Positions 11,844 through 23,203 of a stretch of DNA of 64,000 bases are shown here, piece by piece. Under the pieces are notes generated by a model. It made no database searches. It saw nothing but the letters and a program-made list of their open reading frames with translations, and was not told the DNA's origin. The DNA is from Heptranchias perlo. Its lineage: Eukaryota. Within the stretch, counting starts at the first letter, position 1. Each line of letters starts with the position of its first letter. The position numbers and the translations under genes are program-made. Where the stretch lies: positions 25,730,001-25,794,000 of the forward strand of contig NC_090339.1 of NCBI RefSeq assembly GCF_035084215.1. Reading direction: 5' to 3'.

Positions 11844-13465
11844 CATCTCGGCCTCCTCCCGATATCCCCACCATCACAGAAGCCAGTATTCAGCCAATTC
11901 GATTCACTCCACTTGATATCAAGAAACGGCTGATTGCAAAGGCTGTGGGCCCCGACAACATCCCGGCTGTAGTGCTGAAGTCTTGTGCTCCAGAACTAGC
12001 CGTGCCTCTAGCCAAACTGTTCCAGTACAGCTACAACACTGGCATCTACCCAACAATGTGGAAAATTGCCCAGGTATGTCCTGTCCACAAAAAGCAGGAC
12101 AAATCCAATCCGGCCAATTACCACCCCATCAGTCTACTCAATCATCAGCAAAGCGATGGAAGGTGTCGTCAACAGTGCTATCAAGCGGCACTTAGTCTCC
12201 AATAACCTGCTCACTGATGTTCAGTTTGGGTTCCGCCAGGACCACTCGGCTCCAGACCTCATTACAGCCTTGGTCCAAACATGGACAAAAGAGCTGAATT
12301 CCAGAGGTGAGGTGAGAGTGATTGCCCTTGACATCAAGGCAGCATTTGGCTGAGTGTGGCACCAAGGGGCCCTAGTAAACTTGAAATCAATGGCAATCAG
12401 AGGGAAATCTCTCCAGTGGCTGGAGTCATACCTAGCACAAAGGAAGATGGTAGTGGTTGTTGGAGGCCAATCATCTCGGCCCCAGGACATTGCTGCAGGA
12501 GTTCCTCAGGGCAGTGTCCTAGGCCCAACCATCTTCAGCTGCTTCATCAATAACCTTCCCTCCGTCATAAGGTCAGAAATGGGGATGTTCACTAATGATC
12601 ACAGAGTGTTCAGTTCCATTCGCAACCCCTCAGATAATGAAGCAGTCCGTGCCCGCATGCAGCAAGACCTGGACAACATCCAGGCTTGGGCTGATAAGTG
12701 GCAAGTAACATTCGTGCCAGGCAATGACTATCTCCAACAAGAGAGAGTCTAACCACCTCCCCATGACATTCAACTGCATTACCAATGCCGAATGCCCCAC
12801 CATCAACGTCCGGGGGTTCACCATTGACCAGAAACTTAACTGGACCAGCCATATAAATACTGTGGCTACAAGAGCAGGTCAGAGGCTGGGTATTCTGTGG
12901 CGAGTGACTCCCCAAAGCCTTTCCATCATCTAGAAGGCACAAGTCAGGAGTGTGATGGAATACTCTCCACTTTCCTGGATGAGTGCAGCTCCAACAACAC
13001 TCAGAAGCTCGACACTATCCAGGACAAAGCAGCCCGCTTGATTGGCACCCCATCCACCACCTTAAACATTCATTCCCTTCACCGGCGCACTGTGGCTGCA
13101 GTGTGCACCATCCACAGGATGCACTGCAGCAACTCGCCAAGGCTTCTTCGACAGCACCTCCTAAACCCACGACCTCTACCACCTAGAAGGACAAGGGCAG
13201 CAGGCACATGGGAACAACACCACCTGCACATTCCCCTCCAAGTCTCACACCATCGCGACTTGGAAATAAATCACCGTTCCTTCATTGTCGCTGGGTCAAA
13301 ACCCTGGAACTCCCTTCCTAACAGCACTGTGGGAGAATTCACCACATGGACTGCAGCGTTTCAAAAGGCAGCTCACCAACACCTTCTCGAGGGCAATTAG
13401 GGAGGGGCAATAAATACTGGCCTTGCCAGCGATGTCCACATCCCACGAACGAATAATAAAAAAAT
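11844..13465 (+). mobile_element. CR1/L2-group LINE (Zenon-like family), 5'-truncated
   Basis: Frameshifted RT ([29 protein letters not shown]) and a 3' end gggcaataaat...cacatccc plus A-rich tail shared with the copies at 39.4, 60.1 and 62.8 kb. The subfamily name is inference. Confidence 0.88.
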
Positions 13466-13543
13466 ACAGCCCTGCACAGTAGGGATGAATTTTGCATGGC
13501 TTTTCACTATTATCTAAAACCTTGAGATTAAATCACATCAGTC

Positions 13544-13879
13544 ACAGTACTGTGCCTAACATTTGCTGTACTTGACCTGAGAGTGCTTGACATTGGCACT
13601 AAATACAAAAAGTGGGAAGTGTTCCATTCTCCAGCACTAAAATCCTTGGTCTTGAAATCACTCCTTCCCAACTAGAGATTTGGAATCTGCTCTAAATATT
13701 TACAATAATGAAATCTGCTGGGAGTACACAGAGACAAAAAGATATTTTGTGTAATTAGAATTGTGATTTAAGAAACAACCAGGAACTCCCAACAGATATA
13801 GTCTGTTTTATAAAACAATATCATCATTTTATTCAGGTAGCCAACAGCTATGTCAACTGCTTTGATCTTCATTTCTATT
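13544..13879 (-). repeat. Right arm of an inverted duplication flanking FUNDC2 exon 3
   Basis: Reverse complement of 10424-10746. Confidence 0.95.
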
Positions 13880-14721
13880 AGTGCTTCTGCTGTGTATTTA
13901 TTTTCTTTCCATGGGGTTTTTGTTCTGTTGCTTTACACTGGCAGCAGCTGTCCCAGTGCCTCCATTTCTCTATCAGTCTAACTGCAGATTTTCCTAAATG
14001 CAAGGTGAAGCCTGTCTTGTGTGTGGATTGATGTGTTTGAGGGAAGGATGAGGCAGGGAACCAGGAGACAGAATGTAAACAAGCCAGCAAACCGAAAACC
14101 AGAGTCTATTTGAAAGCTGCTTTTATTTAAGCAGTTGAGTTTGGTGTTGTCTTGAAAAATGCAGAGAGGCTGCAAAAAGTGGAAGAAGGTGGAGCTGGAA
14201 ACTAGTGAGGATTGGAGATATCCTGTTTTCCTCTTAAAGCAAGTGGATGATGTATCATGTCAAGATAAGACCAGGCAGTTGGCCAACTTTTTTTCCCTTG
14301 TCCTGCTAGCGCCGTGATTTTGTGCGCCTGCATTTCTCGGTCTGTATACGTTTGTGCTGTCCCCTCGTGGAGAGCGTGCGAATGAGTGCTGTTGAGCAGA
14401 AGTTAATCCAATCTCCAGAACACAAGTTAAAAGGTTTTGTTGATACTGCCCCCTTTCACTTCTGCTGTGGAAACTGGGATAACCAACTTCCTAATAACAC
14501 ATCCTTGTTTCCTCTTGATTTGGGGAGGAAGAGAAAAACTATATTGACAATAGTATGTGGTAAGAAACAGACACATTTGGTATAGCTTAGTACCATAACA
14601 AATGATGCATTTATCCACTAGGAGAATGTACTGCATGTCTTAATACTGAACCCCATGGTAAGTTGAGATTGTTAGAGCCTCCTCAAAGGTGGGTGTGGTG
14701 ATGCTCTAGTTTTCCTTGCAG

Positions 14722-14850
14722 ATTGCCAATCACACAGGGTACATCACTGTTGACTGGAAGCGAGTGGAGAGAGATGTGAACAAGGCAAAGAAGCAGTTGA
14801 AAATTGGCAAGAATAAGATTGTTCCGGAAGTACACAGCGCATTTGATGAG
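14722..14850 (+). CDS. FUNDC2: FUNDC2 coding exon 4
   Basis: tttccttgcag| ... GAG|gtaggg, 129 nt. Encodes [43 protein letters not shown]. Confidence 0.95.
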
Positions 14851-16540
14851 GTAGGGTGATGATGACACTGGTGTACCTATGTTGTTGCACAGTTTCAGTA
14901 ACCAACTAGAAGTCAGGGTGGTACTTTCCTTGGTTTTTCAGTTGCACCTCTTTAATGGAGCTGCATGCTTTAATTTTGGTCTAAATGAGACTTTTAAACT
15001 AAAGGTAAGTAAAACTATACCTTTACTATACTATAGGTAACTGTAGGTCTACACTATATGTAAGCAGGAATAGCCTTGCTTAGATTCCTGATTCCAAAAT
15101 AGTGGCTTTGATAAAGCTGTGTAGCTCGGTTTTTCTTATTACACTGTTCTTACAGAAACATTTCTTTTTAGTTATGGCCTGGATACCTATTTTTTTTTCT
15201 TGCAGCATTAAGTAGTTTTAATGGCGTAATCTTTCCCAAGAGCACTTTATCCTGTCACACCTCTGCCTTCACAAACCTGCTTTAAATAAAAAAAAATCCT
15301 CTTTAATCTGTCAGTCGAGTTCCTATCCCCCAGCTTCTGAATTTTTCATCTCTCCTGTAGTGTCTTTCCCACCGTATTAAGTACTGACACGTTTTCTGTC
15401 ATACAAGAAGCAGTTACATAAAAAGGAAACTGCAGCTATTGTATGGTCACATGTTCTCTGCAGAGATTGATTGATTGTGGAAAACATGATGCCATAATAA
15501 TGGTGTAATTGGATTCAGCGTGGAGAGGGAGAGCTATAAATACATCACTGTTTTATGTACAATATGGATACATCAGACACAGTGGGTATATTTATCCCAT
15601 GGGCAGACCTGAATTGATTGCCACAATATATTGAATATATTTTAAATGCTAAAATGTGGAACAGATACATTTAAGGTGTAAGTACTGATGATGAACAGTA
15701 TATTTGTCCCCATATATTTATAGTAGCTTTTGTATTAAACTTGATGACATTGTGTTGACTTGAATTAGTGTCTTCTAATTGTCAGTTATTCCTTCAAAAT
15801 GCTTCCTCCTGCCCCGCAGCAATTGAGGACATTAGAGATTTAACTTTTTATTTTCTTTCCAGTTTCCCTCCTTTTCTCGACAATGCTGATTTCATGCTAG
15901 AATCCTTGTTGCACATGCACTGCCAGTCCTCCAGTAACTTGTCCAAATGACCATTCTCCATGTGTGACACTATGCTGGCATACTACGTCACTGCGATGGG
16001 CATCACAGTTGAGCCCAATCCTGATCGCTCACACTCACTTTTCAGCAGGTGGATAATAAAGAGCAGAAACCCAAACCTTGGCTGATTTCTTTTTACTGCC
16101 TTCCCAGCTTGGGGACACTAAGGCCTATTGTAGCAGTCCAGCTGCTACTCTGGCTTAGATCAGTTAACTCAAACCAAAAATCAAGCGTGCGGCTTTCTGG
16201 TCTCTATGAATTAATGCTACGCCAGGTGCTGCCTTTATCCACTAGGCCATTTGAGGGTTTAGTTTTTTTAATTTTAAACTTGATTCCTAAGCTTTGCTTA
16301 GTTAATGCTCCTAAACAAAATGTATCAGTTTGGCATTCAAAAACAACGAATGTGTATTTGTTACAGCTTTTTATGACGTCTATCACATGGATTTATGGTT
16401 TGCATCCTGTCAGAAATCACTGTTTTGGGAATAACTTAAATTTGCAGCTGTTCCATAATGTTGTAGGGTGTCCTTTGCTCCTCCACAGATGCTGTGTGAT
16501 AATAATGCTAACCATCTTTCCTTCTTTCTCCTCCACACAG

Positions 16541-16618
16541 GTGACTGTGTTTGTGAAGAAGAATATCGTCCTCACAGGGGGTTTTGTTGGCGGCTTCCTA
16601 ATTGGACTTGCATCATGA
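16541..16618 (+). CDS. FUNDC2: FUNDC2 coding exon 5 (terminal)
   Basis: Strong pyrimidine tract and cacag|. Encodes VTVFVKKNIVLTGGFVGGFLIGLAS*. Spliced CDS is 456 nt (151 aa). FUNDC2 rather than FUNDC1 is assigned from adjacency to CMC4/BRCC3 and FUNDC2-type residues (ANHTGY, QLKI, FVKKN). Confidence 0.93.
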   Translation: MTVFVKKNIVLTGGFVGGFLIGLAS

Positions 16619-16987
16619 GGATTAGTTGAAGATGTTATTTTGATTGAAGAACTATACTGCATAACTACTTCCCTCCCTGCCCTCGAAACCAGTGATAGAT
16701 TGTATGTGCTTGTATGTAGGGTATGAGTGTCCCACAGACAGTGCTTAGATAGTGGCTTCAGTATATTGTACTGGAGGAGATTTGCTTTACTGAATTGACT
16801 CCTTGGTCTCACCATTGTGACTCAGAAGACAATCAACATTTGCTTTTGCTCTTATTTATAACCATAATCAAAATGGTGGTAAAATATTATAGTATGGTTG
16901 GTTGCACTGATTGAGGAGTGGGACTCACATTTTAACTGGATTTGCATTCATAATATAATCACACATCCTAGTGGTCTTTCCCTACTA

Positions 16988-16993
16988 AATAAA
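16988..16993 (+). terminator. Candidate FUNDC2 polyadenylation signal
   Basis: AATAAA ~370 nt after the stop, followed by GT-rich sequence. Confidence 0.45.
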
Positions 16994-17811
16994 AATCTTG
17001 ACACCTTGTGCATGACATGTTGAACATATTATCACCATGTGTAACTTTCGAACTGGCAAATTGTCTGTTTGCATGTTTGGGCTTTATGCTACACAATGCT
17101 AACTATGTAATTGCTAAATATTCAGATGTTTGTGAAGACTGGAGACATCATATAATAATTTGGAAGGATTGAAACTTAAGTCATTTGTTTGTGCTACACC
17201 ACATGCTCTAGTTGGCAGCATGACACTAGCATATGAACACATTCAATGTGATGTGCTTCAAAGACTGGATGCCTGGGAGTATTGCAAGGTCAAAACACAG
17301 TCTTAGCAGTTCAGATGACTTTTTAATAAGCACCTTTTTTTTTTCTCTTGCTTTCATGGCTTGCATTGTCCTTTGAGCATCTTTGATTATATTCCAGGTT
17401 TTGAATTCACTTCCAGGTTTCTGCGCTAATTTGTTTTGCCATGTGTTTTCAGATCATGTGGCTCATGAGCAAAATCTGAATCATCATAAGCCTTTCCAGA
17501 GCTTCATGTTTATGGTTCGATTGCTGCAGTGTACCTAGGGGTTAGAACTTATGTCTCCGCATTAGGCAGTAAAAGATTCACAACACCGGGACCTCAAGAA
17601 CTTGGTGTAATTGTAAAAGAAAAAGTACTGTGTGTTTCTGAAGCTATATATTTACTGTGGAGCTATGTATGTCGTATTACTGGTTTTTATGATGCCTTGC
17701 CTTTTCAACAGCTTCTAAACCTAAGGTTATTGCTGAGGATGCCATGTTGAATTTAAAAACTCCATCCCATGTGAACACACACATACTAAACCAATTACTC
17801 GAACATTTTAA

Positions 17812-17915
17812 GCGTCGCCTTTGGTTCAGTGGTTGCACCCTCGACTGAGTCATGGGTTTATGTCCCTCTCATGCATGTAATCTAGGTTGACACTTCAGTG
17901 CAGTACTGAGAGTGC
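17812..17915 (+). mobile_element. tRNA-derived (Deu-type) SINE 5' fragment
   Basis: tRNA-like head (ttggttcagtggttgcac) then ctaggttgacacttcagtgcagtactgag, shared with other SINE copies in this window. Confidence 0.55.
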
Positions 17916-19201
17916 ATTAGTATTAGGCACTACAGCTGTAGTTTGTATATTCATTCAGTGGAAATCCAACTTTTTTTTCTTGAACTAGCTAGTGTTTATA
18001 GCCAAAAGGCAATGTTTTCAGATATCAGTTTTCTTGATGAAAAAATGTAACTCATTAAAGATTTTGATAGATTTGTCTCCTGATTTGAATTTGAAAATGT
18101 AGCTGAAAGGCATCTTATGATGTTCTTGCACTGGTGTATTGTACTGAAATGCATTTATAAGAGTGCCAAGATGAAGACAGTGCTGTGACCTGCAATCTGA
18201 CGTGTTCAAGAAACTTGATTTTGTAGTAAAATCTCATGTATGTATAGATTTATTTTTAAATGTACACACCCAGTTACTTCTCTTGCTTAGTACTGAATGT
18301 TTTGCCACTTAGTGCCTCCTATTTACATTATGTTCATTTTTATTTATGAATTGTACTTTATTGTTTCTTGAAAGAGTACACTACTCATAACTTGGTGTTG
18401 AGAATGTGCACCATAAAGGAGTTTTACCAAATGTGTATTTAATTTCCTTTTTGTATTAGTCCTTGTAGTGAGATCCTATTCATATTGAGCCTATGTCTAT
18501 TCATAATGACAAGCTAGTGCCAGGCTTCACCAATGCCTAGGATAGTGGGAGCAAAAGCCTTTGAATCATTTAAGAAACAGCTGGATGCTGTGATGGGCAG
18601 GGATAGATAAGTTAAGATGGACCAAATAGCCTTACTCATATGTCAATCTTGTGACTCCTTAAAGGAAAAATTATAGAAAAGTGAAAAAGAAAACCTGTCC
18701 CCAGAACAGGGCTATGCTGAGGTGGAGCCTGTTCTACAAGATGCAGCCCAACAAGAAGTTTGCACGTGCAGCATTGGGCATATTTTCTCACAACTGTAGC
18801 AATGCCAATCAGACAGCTACTGTTGATGGTGATCAGGAAACCGTTGAGCCTCCAAATTTCCAAGAATCTTAACCTCTTCCTTTTTCCTTCACTACAAGGT
18901 CCTCTTTAATGCTTGAATGTACATCAAGGTGTTCATGGAATGATTCCATTCTTAGTTCATACTGTGTCCCATGCGGAAACAAACTTGCTAAGGCTATGCT
19001 GATCGTGAACAATGGTCCAGTGCATCTTGCTGATGTCCTTTGCAGATAGAGATGGCACCAGCGAAGCAGGTATTGGCAGTGTCGCTGGAAGTTATTTCTA
19101 TATTAGTGTATTGTAAAATTATAAATGTTATTAAATATTCTGAATAATCTCAGATTTTGAGAACATTCCATAAAGTTTTTATTTATAAAAATGGACAATT
19201 A

Positions 19202-19493
19202 AGACTCAATTTATAAAACTGCAAGGGCCCTGGCAAAAACTGATTTATGCAAATTCCAGCTGCTGGCCCAGTCCTACTCACCTGGACCCCACATTGCCAC
19301 TGCCTGTATTTGATATATTAGTAATTAGTCTAACATGAAAGTTGGTTTAGACACCTACTTGACTCCAATGCTAATCTCCCCTCTGAATTGTGGTCTGCCG
19401 GTTTTGTGCTCGTCTCTGACTCCCGGTCAGCATAGGATTTTACCCACCATAGAGGGAGGCGGACTGTACAGGAGTTTTCTATAAATTGAGTCC
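19202..19493. mobile_element. MITE-like element
   Basis: Terminal inverted repeats gactcaatttataaaact ... agttttctataaattgagtc. Confidence 0.55.
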
Positions 19494-20213
19494 ACCAGAT
19501 TCAAATTGATAAATCCAGTGGCATAACATTAGCGCTTACTGTTCTGCATGGTGAGAGCGGGAGACTGGCAATGGAGTCAGATCAGGTTTAGGCACACAAT
19601 TACTCTACTGTATCAGTGGCAAATGCAGACAGTCCATGAGAGCAGTGCTGGAGAGTGAAGGATCAGCCCAAATTACTTGGATATATCAAGATATACCTCC
19701 TTGTGTTACTCTCTGGAAATGTGTGACCCAACATGGAAAGTTAGAGGTCATTCCATCTCTTGTGGCCATTTCTTAGGCTGGGTGAAGATGATTCCTATAG
19801 AGAATTCCTTGCAAGGAAGCAATCTGGTACAGTGGGAGTGTTTTTACTAAGCATCACCTGAGTTTACAGGAGGATTTTGCATTAAGGAAAGAACTGGAAA
19901 CTCAACAGGACTGAGTGGCCTGGTAGAGAGCAGTTAAGGTGTCTGCTTCAAAGTCTTGCTCCACTAATAACTTCATACTAACTTGTGACTAGGAAAAGGT
20001 GCCTATTTTATATTAGGGGCTCGTGAAGGTGCTTTTCTGGGCACTCTAATGTCTCTGGAGGGAGCTAAGAGAATATATAGGCAAGTACCTCTGCTGCTAG
20101 TAAATGCCTGTATATTCATTCTGACCTATACAGATTAACAGGGAACAAATTACATTTGTCTAATTAAGGGGTTCAGATGTTCTTATATATTCTGCAGAAG
20201 GTTTGTGACAATT

Positions 20214-20905
20214 AGAACATAAGAACATAAGAAATAGGAGCAGGAGTAGGCCAATCGGCCCCTCAAGCCTGCTCCGCCATTCAATAAGATCATGGCTGAT
20301 CTGATCCTAACCTCAAATCTAAAGAACACAAGAAGTAGGAGCAGGACCTGGCCACTCAGCCCCTGGGCCCGCTCCACCACCCACAGGGCCTTGACCGATC
20401 CGAACTCAGCTTCATGTCCAATTTCCTGCCCGCTCCCTGTAACCCCTAATTCCCTTTACTTCTAGGAAACTGTCTATTTCTGTTTTAAATTTGTTTAATG
20501 ATGTAGCTTCCACAGCTTCCTGGGGCAGCAAATTCCACAGACCTACTACCCTCTGAGTGAAGAAGTTTCTCCTCATCTCAGTTTTGAAAGAGCAGCCCCT
20601 TATTCTAAGATTATGCCCCCTCGTTCTAGTTTCACCCATCCTTGGGAACACCCTTACCGCATCCACCCGATCAAGCCCCTTCACAATCTTATATGTTTCA
20701 ATAAGATCGCCTCTCATTCTTCTGAACTCCAATGAGTAGAGTCCCAATCTACTCAACCTCTCCTCATTTGTGCACCCCCTCATCCCCGGGATTAACCGAG
20801 TGAACCTTCTTTGTACTGCCTCGAGAGCAAGTATGTCTTTTCTTAAGTATGGACACCAAAACTGTATGCAGTATTCCAGGTGCGGTCTCACCAATACCTT
20901 ATATC
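20214..20905 (-). mobile_element. CR1 LINE 3' fragment with duplicated tail
   Basis: ORF 20412-20894 (VRPHLEYCIQFW...RRMRGDLIETYKI) followed by two tandem 3'-tail modules. Confidence 0.9.
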
Positions 20906-21364
20906 TGAATCCAGGGATGTGATTACTGCATTGATTGGATTCCTGTCCACTTTTATAATCAATGTATTAAATGGTTTAAGTCCCACATGGAGAGTTTGTC
21001 TCCATCATTGTGGTTATTGGTATGCTCATGTTAATACATGATAGTCACACTCTAGGATTAAACAACTGTGATACTATTAGTGACAATAAATAAATATCAA
21101 TAAATAATGTACAGCTGATGGCCAGAAAATTGTCAAGTGTAAAATTTTAATACATAATTAATTTAAATTTTTGTGCCATCTGTACACTTCTGATTTAATG
21201 TTTGACTAGGAGTGGATTTTAGGACATCACTGTGCTCATTACATCCTCTTCCCAATCCTGAATGGTCAGTAGTGATGTGACTTACAGAGTCAAAGTCTTA
21301 TGCAAGACCTTGGCAATCTGAAAAGATAAAGGGTTCACACCCACGGGTAATGAGTGCATATCAA

Positions 21365-21489
21365 TCAGCTTTTCTTTTCTTGTTCTTTCAAAAAACCAGA
21401 ACAACAAACAGACTTCTTTCCATGTATCTTACAACACTTATGCATTTCATGGATCACTTGCTGACATTTGCTTTCCTGATAACGATGAG
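21365..21489 (-). CDS. CMC4: Cx9C motif-containing protein 4 (p8 MTCP1), terminal coding exon
   Basis: Minus-strand acceptor ttttacag|CT CAT..., 125 nt. Encodes (A)HRYQESKCQQVIHEMHKCCKIHGKKSVCCSGFLKEQEKKS*, in phase with the upstream exon. Confidence 0.93.
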
Positions 21490-23203
21490 CTGTAAAAGAA
21501 ACATGAAAAAGTATGATTCATCCCGTGATTATAGGTGTTCATTCAGTTTGTCTCTCGTACAGGAGCTTCTACCAGTGATCCCAGCAGAAGCTTTTTTGGG
21601 AGGGGGGAGAATCTCGTTCCTCCAGGAGTTACTACTGATTATTGGTGGAGTTTCTGGGGAAGGAGTTACTGAGCTGAACGATGTGATGGAGCTCAAATTG
21701 CATCACCATGTTTGCTTTTTGCCCACCATGCTTTTTTCTCTTCTGCCGAAGGCACTGACTCATAGTTCTATGGGTCCATGTGGCCAGTCCTCATATGTGA
21801 GTCTAGTCAGTGTGTGACAGGCTGTTGGATTATGGGAGGTATCACAGCAAAACCTGATCCTGTCCTTAACCAATATCCACAAGCACACATTCTAGCAGGA
21901 GCCACAGGAAAATTATTAGGAACAAGAACTTTATTTTTTCCTCCCATTCCTAGGTCATGGGCGCTGAGATTGATTGTAGAGTCCCCACTACTGTCTCAAC
22001 TAAAGCACTCTATACTGATGACAGCATAGTCCATCTTACTTACATTGTCAGGCCCATTAACTTCTCCAAGCTACTGGCCTGGAAGCAGGTATCAGTTGCA
22101 GGAGGGTCACAGCTTGACAAAGACTAGAAGGGGGAGAACACTGGCTGGGATTTGGAGGAAAAATAGAGGTAACACCCTAGAAGACAAAAAATCCTGACAG
22201 TCACAATAAGCAGTACAGGAAATGCCAAATAGAGGTATAATGGGTGACTAATGGATCATCTCTTCCACTGTATTTCATACATGCCAACCAACTGTGTTTA
22301 CTGACAAAAATCAGTACAACCAGACTCCTTTCTCCTCCTCTCCCAAGTCTAGCTCCTCATGAGTAATGTGGCTAATGCATCCGAACAAGTTCTGTGCCAC
22401 TCCCAGCACTCTTGAGATTGCAGCCTCTGTATACAGTAGGCAAGAATTAGCCAACAGGTGTTCTGGAAATGGATCACAATGAATGGAAGGGGAAGAATGG
22501 ATGGCAATGAAAGGGGCAGGGAAAGGGAGAATGGATGTTAATGGAAGAAAGGAGATAGCAGCTGAGAGCAGTGCTTTGGGGTAGGGAAATAAGGAAATTG
22601 CCAGAATTAACTGAGAGGGAGTGAGGAGAGTGTGCCAGCATGAACTGGGGGCTGGGACAGAATGTCAGATGAACATGGGGGGCGGGGGGGGGGGGAAAGA
22701 GGAGTGACAGCTTGAAATGGGGAAATGGAAGAAAAGTACTGGCTTAACTAGGTCAGAGGGGAAGAGTACCAGGTTTAATTGATGGGGGAGTATACTGATG
22801 CCAGTATAATCTGGGAGGGTGAATAAGAATGTGGGAATTGGATGGGGTACAATGCCTCTAAAGAGATGGGGTGTTGAATGGGGTACAATGTCTGTGTGAA
22901 CTGGGTCTGGAAGGGGGTTGGAAGTGGGAGAGTGACAAAATAACTTTTGGGTTAGTGATGGTCTGGTTGGTCTGTTGAAACTCCAAATGTCATTTGTTCT
23001 TCCCTTTTCTAAAGTTAAAAATCCTATTGTGAAGTATAAAAGTGCTTTGAGTTATCAGCTTTTTGGAAGCTGTTGATTAACCTGTGCTAGTCAGTTTTTT
23101 GAAGGTTATGCACAAAAGTATGAAGTTGTTTTTCAGTGTTGGAAGCTAAACTTCACACCAGACCATGTTGCATTGCGCAACTGCATTTGTTTTATGTTAT
23201 TAA

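Noticed and set aside
16049-16540. 5' part of the 189-aa ORF 16049-16618
   Set aside because: Intronic read-through; only 16541-16618 is FUN14-like and it follows a strong acceptor.
18636-18863. Cys-containing minus-strand ORF considered as a CMC4 exon
   Set aside because: No CX9C spacing or matching splice phase; the real exon is at 21365-21489.
21350-21817. 155-aa plus-strand ORF
   Set aside because: Antisense to the CMC4 exon and intron, with no recognisable domain.
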